Assembly (NCBI GenBank): GCA_965204745.1
Contig: OZ242010.1
Coordinates: 1,376,001-1,440,000 of the forward strand
DNA: 64,000 bases
Reading direction: 5' to 3'
Source: Candidatus Latescibacterota bacterium
GTDB taxonomy: Bacteria > Latescibacterota > UBA2968
This document shows, in pieces, positions 9,083-19,700 of this stretch (the first letter of the stretch is position 1; each line of letters begins with the position of its first letter). Made by a program: the position numbers and the translations under genes. The notes beneath the pieces were generated by a model. It searched no databases, was not told where the DNA came from, and saw nothing but the letters and a program-made list of their open reading frames with translations.

Positions 9083-10468
9083 TTATCCCTTTTGTGGCAA
9101 ATTCGCTTTTTGCATTTTTTCCGACAGATTGTACGCCTTGATCTTGTATTGCAACGCACGGACGCTGATCCCCAGCATCGCCGCGGCCGCTTTGCGATTT
9201 GCAGGCCCTTGGGCGAGCGTCTTTTCGATGAGGGCGCGTTCTGCGTCTGCGAGCGATGACCCGAGTTGAATCGCGATGGTATCTGTCTCGCCTTGGGCAT
9301 CGCGCACGCGAGAGGGCAGATGATCGACATCGACCTTGTGATCCGCGCAGGTTACGACCATGCGCTCGATAGTATTTTTCAACTCGCGCACATTGCCGGG
9401 CCATGAATAGGCCAGCACCTTGTCCATGGCTTCGGGCGTCAATTCCTTGCGCGGTTTGTGGTGCAACACGCAGAGGTTTTCGAAGAACACATCGATCAAG
9501 AGCGGAATGTCTTCAACGCGCGCTCGAAGCGGCGGCACGCGAATGGGCACGACATTGATGCGATAGTACAAGTCCTCTCTGAATCGCCCGTTCGCCACTT
9601 CATGCTCGAGATCGCGATTGGTGACAAAAATGGTTCGCACATCTGCGCTCACCGATTTGGTGCTGCCCACCGGGCGATAGGCTTTTTCTTCCAAGACGCG
9701 GAGGAGATCGACCTGATTGGACAAGGGGATTTCGCCCACTTCGTCAAAGAAAAGCGTGCCCCCTTCCGCGGCCGCAAAATGCCCGGCCTTGTCCGCTGTC
9801 GCGCCGGTGAACGCGCCTTTGACATATCCGAACAACTCGCTGCCAAAGAGCGTTTCGGCAAATGCCCCGCAGTTCATCGCCACCAAGGGGGCGTTTCGCC
9901 GCGCGCTGGCCTGGTGAATCGCCCGCGCCACGAGTTCTTTTCCGGTGCCGGTTTCCCCGGTGATCAGCACGGGCACGTCGGTCATGCCCGCTTGCGCGAT
10001 GGTGTCGCAGACGTGTTCCATGACCGCGCTTCGATGCACGATCTCGCCATTGCCCCCATTGGAATCCAGCCGCGCGCGCAAGGCGCGGTTTTCAGCGACC
10101 AGGGCTCGGTGGTCCAGCAATCGCGCTAAGGACAAGTGCAATCGCTTCAGGTCCACGGGCTTGGTCAAATAATCATAGGCCCCGCGCCGCATGGCTTCGA
10201 CAGCGGTTTCTACTTCGCCGTAAGCCGTGATTACGATGATGCCGATGTCGAGATTGGCTTCGCGCACCCATTTCAAAAGCGCGAGTCCGTCACGGCCCGG
10301 CATTTTGAGGTCGATGATCGCGGCGTCATATCCATGGGTTTCCATCAGGGTTTTCGCCTTGCGCCCGTCGTAGGCCACGTCGACGCGATAGCCGTTTTTG
10401 ACCATGGCCTCCCGCAATCCTTCGCAGATGTAGTACTCGTCGTCTGCAATTAAAATCCGAATGTCCAT
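9083..10468 (-). CDS. Sigma-54-dependent response regulator (NtrC/AtoC family; REC-AAA+-HTH)
   Basis: ILIADDE, DLKMPG, GETGTGKE, ELFGYVKGAFTGA, FREDLYYRINV, WPGNVREL, Fis-type HTH; real start MDIRIL. Confidence 0.95.
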   Translation of the reverse strand: MDIRILIADDEYYICEGLREAMVKNGYRVDVAYDGRKAKTLMETHGYDAAIIDLKMPGRDGLALLKWVREANLDIGIIVITAYGEVETAVEAMRRGAYDYLTKPVDLKRLHLSLARLLDHRALVAENRALRARLDSNGGNGEIVHRSAVMEHVCDTIAQAGMTDVPVLITGETGTGKELVARAIHQASARRNAPLVAMNCGAFAETLFGSELFGYVKGAFTGATADKAGHFAAAEGGTLFFDEVGEIPLSNQVDLLRVLEEKAYRPVGSTKSVSADVRTIFVTNRDLEHEVANGRFREDLYYRINVVPIRVPPLRARVEDIPLLIDVFFENLCVLHHKPRKELTPEAMDKVLAYSWPGNVRELKNTIERMVVTCADHKVDVDHLPSRVRDAQGETDTIAIQLGSSLADAERALIEKTLAQGPANRKAAAAMLGISVRALQYKIKAYNLSEKMQKANLPQKG

Positions 10469-10476
10469 AACTGGCC

Positions 10477-11547
10477 TCAAGGGGTGTTTGCGTCCCGTGC
10501 GTCTGGTATGGGCAAATAGATCCAAAAAGTCGTGCCGTGTCCTGGGGTGCTTTCCACGTCGATGTGCCCGCCGTGCTGGTAGATGATGCGCTGGGCAATG
10601 GACAACCCCAACCCGGTGCCTTCGTCTTTGGTCGTGTAATAAAACTCGAAAATGCGATCCACTTCTTCTTCGGGAATGCCGCATCCCGTGTCTGTGAGCA
10701 TCAGACAAACCTGCGCGTGTTCCGGTTGCGTTCGGACGATGAGGTCCCCGCCGTCTGCCATGGACTGAAAGGCATTGACCGCGATGTTGAGCACGGCTTG
10801 CCCGAGTTGATCCTCGTCTCCATTTATTACGGGCAGGGCGTTGGAAAGTTCCAAACGCAATGCGACATCGCGCTCGCGTGCTTCGGGCGCGACCAATTCA
10901 AACACATGGCGGACAATGTCGTTGACCGACACATGGCGCAGGTGGAGTTTGGGGGTGCGCGAGAACCGCAGAAAGTTGTGTACGATGCGGTCGAGGCGTT
11001 TCATCTCGGTTTGGGCGATGTTGAGCCGCTGCAAGAGACGCGCTTTGGAGGAGCTCGTCAATGCGCCGAGGTCGTCTGCTAGCAGTTGTAGCTGAATGTC
11101 AATCGCCCCCAGTGGGTTGCGAACTTCATGGGCGACCGACGCGGCCAGCCTGCCCAGCGCGGTCATTTTTTCCACTTGAAAAATTTCCCATTCCATCCGC
11201 TTTAGTTGCGAGACGTCGCGCACGGACAGCACCAGCCCTGCCCGGGTTTCGGCGTCCAAAAACGACGTGCTCACGCGCAGGTGTTGCAACCCCCCGTCGG
11301 CATTGTGATCCACCAAGTCCGCGTCTGATGCCAATTCTTTTTGTCTCAATCCCCGATGCAAAATCCGCAGGAGTTCGGGCCGCTGGACAAACAATTGCTC
11401 TGGGGATGCCCCGTAAACGGTTTGCTCGGCCCAGCCCATCAAGGTGGTCAGATGCACGTTGACCATCACGGCCCGATGCGTTTTGTCAAAGGCTATGATG
11501 CCCTCGCCCAAGCCCTGCAAAATCGAGGCGCTATAATCCGTGTCCAT
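10477..11547 (-). CDS. Cytoplasmic PAS-domain sensor histidine kinase (NtrB/AtoS-like)
   Basis: PAS-like N-terminus, VAHEVRNPL H-box, DTGCGI, TTKDEGTGLGL; GAGG RBS before ATG 11547. Confidence 0.92.
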   Translation of the reverse strand: MDTDYSASILQGLGEGIIAFDKTHRAVMVNVHLTTLMGWAEQTVYGASPEQLFVQRPELLRILHRGLRQKELASDADLVDHNADGGLQHLRVSTSFLDAETRAGLVLSVRDVSQLKRMEWEIFQVEKMTALGRLAASVAHEVRNPLGAIDIQLQLLADDLGALTSSSKARLLQRLNIAQTEMKRLDRIVHNFLRFSRTPKLHLRHVSVNDIVRHVFELVAPEARERDVALRLELSNALPVINGDEDQLGQAVLNIAVNAFQSMADGGDLIVRTQPEHAQVCLMLTDTGCGIPEEEVDRIFEFYYTTKDEGTGLGLSIAQRIIYQHGGHIDVESTPGHGTTFWIYLPIPDARDANTP

Positions 11548-11696
11548 GCGCGTTCCCTCGTCTGTTCTGTGCGTGCAATGCGTTCGCGGGCAATTTTCCA
11601 CATTTCCACCCCAAACGCAAGCCCAAACTGGTTGACACATGATCGCGGATTGAGCAGATTGGCAAGAGGGGAGAGGTAAGATACTCTCTTAAAAGG

Positions 11697-12704
11697 TCAA
11701 GGGGTTTTCGGGGTGATTCGATAGAATTTTTCGCCCTCAAAATCTTGGTCATGGCGCAACATGCCCCAGATCGAATGGAGCAACTTTCGCATCACCGCAA
11801 CGATAGCCTGCAAAGGTTTCTTGCCGCGGGCGATGAGTTGGTCATAGAAGGCTTTGACATGGCCTTCGTGTCTGATGGCCACCCAGGCAGGCATATAGAG
11901 GGCATGGCGGAGGTACTTATTCCCGGTTTTCGAGATGCGTCTTTGTGGATTGGCGGTTCCGGATTGTTTGGGTTTGGGATCCAGGCCTGCATGTGCGACC
12001 CACTGGGGCGGTTGCATCTCCTCTGGCAAAAGGGTCAACTCGGCCAAGAGCCGCAAGGCACTCGTTTGCGCGATGCCAGGCGTCGAGCAGAGGCGTTGGT
12101 AGGCACGCTTGAGGGGCTCATCGTGCAAAACGAGATCGAGGGCTTGGCTTTCCAAGTATGCAATCCGGCGTTTGAAGTGTCGAATATTCACCTGAATATC
12201 GCGTGCGATGAGACGTGTGCTGCGGATGTGGTAGCTCTGCGCGTGGTTGCGGCTCTGTTCGCGGATGATCTCCTGCTTGAGTTGGTCAATGCGTCTGGTG
12301 AGGGCTTGCAGTTGAAGCCGTTGCTCGCTCGGCGCTTGCCAAGGCACAAAAGGCATGCGCTCGGCATAGTCGAGGATCAACAACGCATCCTTCGCATCCG
12401 TCTTCGCCCGTTGCATGCAGGCTTGGGCGTACTTGCTCATCGCTTTGGGATTGACGACCATGACCTTTGTGTGGCGATGCCGATGCAAGGCCAAGGCCAC
12501 CCCCAAACTGTAAAGCCCGGTCGCTTCGAGGCACACAGAGACCATGTGCCCGCCCTTCGTGAGCCACTTCAGCAACCGCTTATGCGCTTGGGGATCATTG
12601 GCAAAGGTCGCTTGCATGACAGCTTGTCCGGGTCTGGACAGGGCAACGGACAACGTGCGGGCACTGACATCAATGCCGGCAAAAGCGGGGTGAGATTTCG
12701 ACAT
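11697..12704 (-). CDS. IS110 DEDD recombinase/transposase
   Basis: GIDVS, CLEATG, KTDAKDA (DEDD) and GLDP..KQSG (catalytic Ser region); GGAGG RBS before MSKSH. Confidence 0.95.
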   Translation of the reverse strand: MSKSHPAFAGIDVSARTLSVALSRPGQAVMQATFANDPQAHKRLLKWLTKGGHMVSVCLEATGLYSLGVALALHRHRHTKVMVVNPKAMSKYAQACMQRAKTDAKDALLILDYAERMPFVPWQAPSEQRLQLQALTRRIDQLKQEIIREQSRNHAQSYHIRSTRLIARDIQVNIRHFKRRIAYLESQALDLVLHDEPLKRAYQRLCSTPGIAQTSALRLLAELTLLPEEMQPPQWVAHAGLDPKPKQSGTANPQRRISKTGNKYLRHALYMPAWVAIRHEGHVKAFYDQLIARGKKPLQAIVAVMRKLLHSIWGMLRHDQDFEGEKFYRITPKTP

Positions 12705-12772
12705 GGGGGCCTCCTGTGATGAGGGGGTTGTAAGGGATCTGGTGCGCGCTCGGGGTCGCGTCCCGACCATTG

Positions 12773-12955
12773 ACGCCAAGTCTACCGGTCTTGTATATGC
12801 AGCCTCAAGGGGCTTAGATACTCTTCGGCATAGACCCGGCGGTCGGGGGGCCTATCTTACCTACAAGGTCATCGCCTTCAAGAGGGGCCGGCCTTCCCCG
12901 AGCCGGGCATCAAGATGGCTTATCTCGATACGAGGGCGCAACTCCTAATTAACCC
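12773..12955 (-). ncRNA. Predicted bridge RNA of IS110 copy 1 (ends approximate)
   Basis: Same sequence as 49130-49312; target- and donor-binding internal loops match the flanks. Confidence 0.8.
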
Positions 12956-13107
12956 TTACTTCCAAGATACAAGAGGGGAGACGCAAGACGTAAGAGGCAA
13001 GAGGCAAGAGGGGTGGCCTTCTCATGTCTTGCCTCTCACCTTTCACCTTTTTGGGCGATGCGTGGTGCTCGCCCGAAGATACAAGCGTCTGGACTGGGGA
13101 GTATCAA

Positions 13108-16100
13108 ATGCAGAGGGACAAACACATCTTGGACAATCGCCGCGCTACGGTTGTGGGTTATCTGCGCGAACAGTTGCGTGCCGCAGAGGTATTCCGGCTG
13201 GTATCGGCGTATTTTACGATTTACGGGTATGGCGCACTGCAAAGCGAATTGCGCGGCATTGGGGATGTGCGTTTTCTCTTTGGGGATCCGGCATCGGTGG
13301 GCGAGGTGGATCCCGGTGGAAAGCAGGAACAATCCTTTGCGTTGACCGAAGGCGGTCTGTCGCCGAATCTCGCATTGTCACAAAAATGGCTTGCGCGGCA
13401 ATGCGCGGACTGGGTGCGTCGCAAAGGAGTCAAAATCCGCTCGGTCGGCAAATCCAATTTTCTGCACGGCAAAATGTACCTCGCCGAATCTGCCCAGGGC
13501 CGCGCGGCAGTGGTCGGCAGTTCCAACTTTACCCGCAATGGCTTGGGCGGCGGGACGAGTGCAAATGTGGAAATCAACTTGGCGACCCGAGATGCTGGTG
13601 TGTGCGCGGAACTGCGGGCGTGGTTCGACGACCTGTGGGCGGACGAGGCGTTGACTGTGGATGTGAAACGAGACGTGTTGGCGGCCCTGAACCGCATCGG
13701 CGAGGATCACGCGCCGGAGTTTATTTATTTTAAGACGCTGTACGAGTTGTTCCGCGCAGATATCGAGGAGAGACAGGACGGGGAAACCCAACTGGCAGAG
13801 ACGCATCTTTACGATACTGAAATTTGGAATGCCCTGTACGGTTTTCAGAAGGACGGGGCCAAAAGCGCGATTGCCCGCTTGTTGCGGCACAACGGGTGCA
13901 TTTTGGCCGATAGCGTGGGCTTGGGCAAGACCTACACCGCGCTGGCCGCGATCAAGTTCTTCGAGTTGCGAAACGAGCGCGTGCTGGTCTTGTGCCCGAA
14001 AAAACTGCGCGAAAACTGGGCCTTGTATCCGGTGGCGAACGCCCATGTTCACAATCCCTTTCCCGCGGATCGCTTTGGGTACACCCTGCTCTCGCATACG
14101 GACTTGTCCCGCAACAGCGGGCGCGCAGGCGATATTGATTTGGCGCATTTCAACTGGCGCAATTTCGATCTGGTGGTCATTGACGAGTCGCACAATTTTC
14201 GCAACGACACCAAGCCGCGCACGGGCGACGACGGCGAGATTCGCCACAGCCGGTACTCGCGGCTGTTGGAAGAGGTGATTGAGGAAGGCACGAAAACAAA
14301 GGTGCTGATGCTTTCGGCAACGCCGGTCAACACCTCGCTGATCGACCTTCGCAACCAGATCTATTTGATGACCGAAAAGCGCGAGGATGTGTTCCGAGAC
14401 AGCTTGGGCATCGGGGATATCGGCGCGTTGCTCGCGCAGGCTCAACGGGCGTTTAAGGCTTGGGAGACCAAGGCGGATTCCAAAAGAGATAAGTCCGAGT
14501 TGGCGGCGATGCTCGGCGCGGATTTTTTTGGGTTGCTCGGCGGGGTTTCCATTGCCCGGTCGCGGCGGCAGATCGAAATGTTTTACGCCGAGGAAATGGA
14601 CCGAATCGGAAAATTCCCCGCGCATCAAAAGCCGGAAAATGCCTATCCGAAAACCGATCTCTGCGGCGACTTGTCCTATCAAAAGTTGTCCGATCAAATT
14701 GGGCAATTCGCCTTGTCCATCTATCGCCCATCCAGCTATGTGACCGGCGAAGAAGCGAAGAAACGCTTGGCAAAAGAAAAAAAAGACCTGCACTTCAATC
14801 AGGCGGACCGCGAGCGGTTTCTCATCGGCATGATGCGGACGAACTTTCTCAAGCGTTTGGAGAGTTCCGCGCATTCGCTTGCGAAAACCCTCGGGCGCAC
14901 CGTTGGCAAAATCGACGATATGGTTGCAAAAATAGACCGCTACGCGCAACGGACCGCGCAGGACGCCCGAGCCGATATTTTGCCGGACGATGACGAAGAC
15001 GACGAGGAGTTTCTCGTCAATCGGGCGCGCACGCCCTACCACCTGCGCGAGTTGGACTTGGATGCGTGGAAAAGGGATTTGCAGAGAGACCGCGCAATTC
15101 TCACCTCGGTGTGGGAAAGGGTCAAAGCCATCGACCCGCAACGGGATGGCAAGCTCAGGGCGATTGCGGAACGCATTCGAAACAAGGCGCGCAATCCGAC
15201 GCGTAACCGCGATGGCAAGCCCAACCGCAAGATGCTGGTGTTCACCACGTTCAAAGACACGGCGCGCTATTTGTACGACAACCTGACCGGTCTGGCCCGC
15301 GAACTGAATATCGACATTGCGATGGTCTCTGGCGACGAAACGCACACCTCGGTTGGCGACAACGATTTCAACGCCATCCTCACCGACTTCGCCCCTGTCG
15401 CACGCAACCGCGGGGCAACAGATGACACCGCTGAAATCGACCTGCTGATCGCCACGGACTGCATTTCAGAAGGGCAGAATTTGCAGGACTGCGACACCGT
15501 GCTCAACTACGATATTCACTGGAACCCGGTGCGCCTCATCCAGCGACTCGGGCGCGTTGACCGCATTGGCAGTCGCAACCCCTTTGTGCAGATGATCAAC
15601 TATTGGCCCACGCGGGATATGGATGTTTATTTGCGCCTGCAACACCGGGTTGAAGCCCGCATGGCCTTGGCCGATGCAGCGGCCAGCGGGGACGACGATC
15701 CGTTGCGCGAAGACGCCGCACAGACGGAGATCAATTTCCGAGACGAACAACTGAAGAAATTGCGCGAAGAGGTGGTGGATTTTGACGCCTTATCCGATGG
15801 CGTCGTGATGAGCGATTTTACGTTCGATTACTTTTTTGCGCAGTTGTTGCGGTATTTGGAGAAAAACAAGGCCGCGCTGGAAGCAATGCCCAATGGGGTT
15901 TATGCCATCACCCGTGGGCATGGCGATACCGCACGCCCGGGCGCGATATTTTTCTTTCGCCAGCGAGACGCGAGCGCGGACAGACGAGAAAAAGCCGCCA
16001 GCCCGGTGCATCCCTACTACGCGGTGTATGTGCGCGACAGCGGCGATATTCGCTACGGTTGTGCCCATGCCAGACAGGTGTTGGAATTGTTTGAATCGGT

Positions 16101-16356
16101 CGCCGTTGGAAAAACCGAACCCCTGCAAAAACTCTGCGACCAGTTTGACCACGAAACCCAAAACGGTCGAGACATGACCCGTTACAACCGACTTTTGGAC
16201 GCGGTGATGGCCCACATCAGCGGGGCGAATAAGACGACTTACATCCAACACCTGGGCCTCCGCGGCCCACGCGATTTCAAGCTACCGGCAAAAACCAAAG
16301 CCCAAAATGCCACCTTGGATTTTGAACTGGTAACGTGGCTGGTGATAACTGTCTGA
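13108..16356 (+). CDS. PLD-nuclease / SNF2-type helicase fusion (restriction or defence associated)
   Basis: FLHGKMY...VVGSSNFT (PLD), LADSVGLGKT, VIDESHNFRN, LSATP, ISEGQNLQ, QRLGRVDRIG; GGGGAG RBS before ATG 13108. Confidence 0.9.
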   Translation: MQRDKHILDNRRATVVGYLREQLRAAEVFRLVSAYFTIYGYGALQSELRGIGDVRFLFGDPASVGEVDPGGKQEQSFALTEGGLSPNLALSQKWLARQCADWVRRKGVKIRSVGKSNFLHGKMYLAESAQGRAAVVGSSNFTRNGLGGGTSANVEINLATRDAGVCAELRAWFDDLWADEALTVDVKRDVLAALNRIGEDHAPEFIYFKTLYELFRADIEERQDGETQLAETHLYDTEIWNALYGFQKDGAKSAIARLLRHNGCILADSVGLGKTYTALAAIKFFELRNERVLVLCPKKLRENWALYPVANAHVHNPFPADRFGYTLLSHTDLSRNSGRAGDIDLAHFNWRNFDLVVIDESHNFRNDTKPRTGDDGEIRHSRYSRLLEEVIEEGTKTKVLMLSATPVNTSLIDLRNQIYLMTEKREDVFRDSLGIGDIGALLAQAQRAFKAWETKADSKRDKSELAAMLGADFFGLLGGVSIARSRRQIEMFYAEEMDRIGKFPAHQKPENAYPKTDLCGDLSYQKLSDQIGQFALSIYRPSSYVTGEEAKKRLAKEKKDLHFNQADRERFLIGMMRTNFLKRLESSAHSLAKTLGRTVGKIDDMVAKIDRYAQRTAQDARADILPDDDEDDEEFLVNRARTPYHLRELDLDAWKRDLQRDRAILTSVWERVKAIDPQRDGKLRAIAERIRNKARNPTRNRDGKPNRKMLVFTTFKDTARYLYDNLTGLARELNIDIAMVSGDETHTSVGDNDFNAILTDFAPVARNRGATDDTAEIDLLIATDCISEGQNLQDCDTVLNYDIHWNPVRLIQRLGRVDRIGSRNPFVQMINYWPTRDMDVYLRLQHRVEARMALADAAASGDDDPLREDAAQTEINFRDEQLKKLREEVVDFDALSDGVVMSDFTFDYFFAQLLRYLEKNKAALEAMPNGVYAITRGHGDTARPGAIFFFRQRDASADRREKAASPVHPYYAVYVRDSGDIRYGCAHARQVLELFESVAVGKTEPLQKLCDQFDHETQNGRDMTRYNRLLDAVMAHISGANKTTYIQHLGLRGPRDFKLPAKTKAQNATLDFELVTWLVITV

Positions 16357-16722
16357 ATCGCGGATTACGCGGATTACGCGGATGAACGCGGATTGGGTTG
16401 GCAGGTAGGGCGGAGGCGCAGAAAATACAAACGCCGCAAGTGGGGTAAAGGAAGGACGCGGATTGGGGAGCGCAGATAGGGCGGAGGGCGCAGATGATAC
16501 AGACGCCGCAAGTGGGCAGAGGAAGCGGATGAAAAGCGAAAGGCACAGCATTCAGCCCTCGTCACTCCGGCGGAAGCCGCTTTTGTTTTTTGTTCGTCCA
16601 AAGATAAGCGGAGGATGTAGCGGGTGCGAAGGTCGTAGGTGGTGCGGAGGACGCAGTAGGTGCGGGGTTGGTGCGGGGTAATCCGTGCAATCCCCTAATC
16701 CGCGTAATCCGCGATTCAGACA
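16350..16722. repeat. Palindromic intergenic element 1 with perfect 27-bp terminal inverted repeats
   Basis: TGTCTGAATCGCGGATTACGCGGATTA (16350-16376) and its reverse complement (16696-16722). Confidence 0.85.
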
Positions 16723-16734
16723 AATGGACCATCC

Positions 16735-19700
16735 ATGAATAACAACATCAGAGAACAAATCGGGCATGCCTTGGGCGCGCTGGCGGATGGGGATTTTGTG
16801 GTGGGGGCGCGAGACATGCTCGCGGTGCTCGGCTATGAAAGCACGCGCACCTTAGACATCTCGGGCAGGGTGAATGATTTTATCTCTCAATTCCCCGCGC
16901 CAAACGAGAACACGCAGACCGAGCAAGTGTTCCGTGAGAACGCCCAATCCGTGCGGATTCTCTTTCAGGTGACGGATACTGAAATCGCGGCGCAGAATAC
17001 GCTGTTTGACACGGACGATTTTGACCGTGGCAATGCGCGGAGTTTTCTCTTTGTCGCTGTGGCGGTGAACGGCGCGTCCTATTCGCGCGGGCAATACGCC
17101 ACATTTACTCGCGAGATCAACAAGCGAATCAACGTGCCGACTGTGGTGCTGTTCAAGACCGCAACCGATCTGTTGACCCTATCCTTTGTTCACCGCCGCG
17201 AACACAAGCGCGATTCCAACCGCGATGTGCTCGGCCATGTGTCGCTGATCCGAGAGATCGATCCCATCACTCCGCATCGCGCTCACTTAGATATTTTGTC
17301 CGATTTGTCGCTACCGCAACGCTTGGCGTGGATGAACGCCTACGACAAGCCGCACAATTTTGACGGCCTGTTGACCGCTTGGCTCAACGCGCTGGATACC
17401 GAGGTGCTGAACAGGCGGTTTTACGGGGATTTGTTCGGCTGGTTTGAACGCGCCATCCGAGAAGCCACATTCCCGTCTTCTCGTCAGAAGCGGACGTTGC
17501 CGCCTGAAGAACATATCATCCGCTTGATCACTCGGTTGATGTTCGTTTGGTTCATCAAAGAGAAAAGACTGATCGCAACGGATCTGTTCATCGAGGAGCG
17601 GATCGCCAGTTTGCTGAAGAATTACGACCGCGACGCGGGCGATTCGTATTATCGCGCTGTGTTGCAAAATCTGTTTTTCGCTACGCTCAACACCAAGAAA
17701 AACAGCCGCGGTTTTAGCCAGGGGAGCAACGCCACGCACCGCGATTTCTCCCGCTATCGGTACGAGAATGAAATCGCTACTCCCGACCAGTTGCTCGGCC
17801 TGTTCAAGCAAACGCCGTTCATCAATGGCGGCCTGTTTGATTGCCTCGACAGCGAGGCGGGCACCCGCGCTGGCGGCTATCGCATCGACTGTTTTACCGA
17901 CAACCCTGCCCAACGCCGCGATTATTCTATCCCCAATCGCCTGTTCTTCGACGATGATGGGCTGATTCCCCTGTTCAACCGCTACAAGTTCACGGTGGAG
18001 GAGAACACGCCTGTCGAGCAAGAAGTCGCGCTTGACCCCGAGCTTCTCGGCAAGGTGTTCGAGAATCTCCTCGCCGCGTACAACCCCGAAACCCGCGACA
18101 CCGCACGCAAGCAGACAGGCTCGTACTACACGCCGCGCCCTGTGGTGGATTATATGGTGGATGAGGCATTGGTGGCAACACTGGCTCAAGCGTGTTCGCC
18201 AAGCGATAGCGACACAGATTTTTGGCAAGATCGATTGCGCTATTTGCTGGACTACGAGGATGCGTTCAACGACGCCCATGAACTGTTTGAGGAAGGGGAA
18301 ACCGCGGGCATTGTGCGGGCGATTTCCGAGATTAAAGTGCTCGATCCGGCGGTCGGTTCCGGCGCATTCCCAATGGGCATGTTGCACAAGATGGCTATGG
18401 CCTTGCGTCGTCTTGATCCGGACAACCAACGCTGGGCAACCTTGCAAAAAGAACGCGCTCGCACAAAGGCAGACGCGGCGTTTGATACGAAAAATCAGCG
18501 AGAACGCGATGCCGAGTTGTTGGCGATCAGCGAGACCTTCGAGCGGTATTCGGGCGACTTTGGGCGCAAGTTGTATCTGATTCAGAACAGCATTTTCGGC
18601 GTGGATATTCAGCCTATCGCCACGCAGATCGCCAAGCTGCGATTTTTCATCTCCCTCGCTATCGAGCAAGAGCCAAACGAGGACGCGGACAACTTCGGCA
18701 TCAAACCCTTGCCCAATTTGGAAACGCGCTTTATCGCCGCGGATACGCTGATGCAACTCAAAGCCGCGGATCAACTGGACTTGTTCCGCCAACAGATTGA
18801 TGCCCTGCAAACAAAACTGACGGAAAACCGCGAGCGACATTTTCACGCGACCACGCGCCCGAAAAAACTCGCGTGCAGAGATGCGGACAACCAGTTGCGT
18901 CGCGCATTGGCAGGCGAACTCAACTCTGCCGGCCTTCCCGAAGATGATGCGAAGAAAATCACGCATTGGGATCCCTACGATCAAAACGCCAAAGCCGACT
19001 GGTTCGATCCCGAGTATATGTTCGGCATCGCGGACGGGTTCAACATCGTGATCGGCAATCCGCCGTATGTGCGTCAGGAAAATATCGGCCCGCACAAGTC
19101 CTCCATCCTCGCCCTCTATTCTAATGCCGCGACTGCCCGTTCTGACCTGTACTGCTACTTTTACGCACGCGGCCTGCAACTGTTGCGCGATGGTGGAATG
19201 CATGTTTTCGTCTGTTCTAATAGCTGGCTGGACGTGGGCTACGGGGCGAAACTCCAAGACCTTCTGTTGAAAAACGCCCATATACAAGCCATCTACGAAA
19301 GTGCTGTCGAGCGGCAGTTTTCCACAGCGGACATCAACACCATCATCAGCGTCATTCGCAAGACAACCGCCAATGACGACGATGCCACCCGGTTCGTACA
19401 TCTGCTGGAATCCTTTGAAGCCGCCGTTGCCGAAGGCGGCAAGCGTCGAGAAATCGTCAAAAGCCGGGAGGAACTCATCGCGGCGGCGACCAACCCACAA
19501 AGCAAAAAATTCATCGGCGACAAGTGGGGCGGCAAATACCTGCGTGCGCCGAACATCTATCATGCCATTCTGAACAAGTGCGCCGACAAGTTGGTTCGCT
19601 TGGGCGATATCGCGAAAGTGCGACGCGGGATAACTACCGGGGCTAACGACTTCTTTTACCTGACCCGCGACCGGATTGCCGGGTTTGGCATTGAGCCAGA

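Larger units (their letters stand above)
11679..12973 (-). mobile_element. IS110-family element, copy 1 (1295 bp including both CT cores)
   Basis: Same ends and same encoded protein as copies at 31892-33186 and 49112-50406; no TIR or TSD; junctions CTCCCCT-CT|TGTAT...AGAGTAT-CT|TACCT. Confidence 0.95.
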
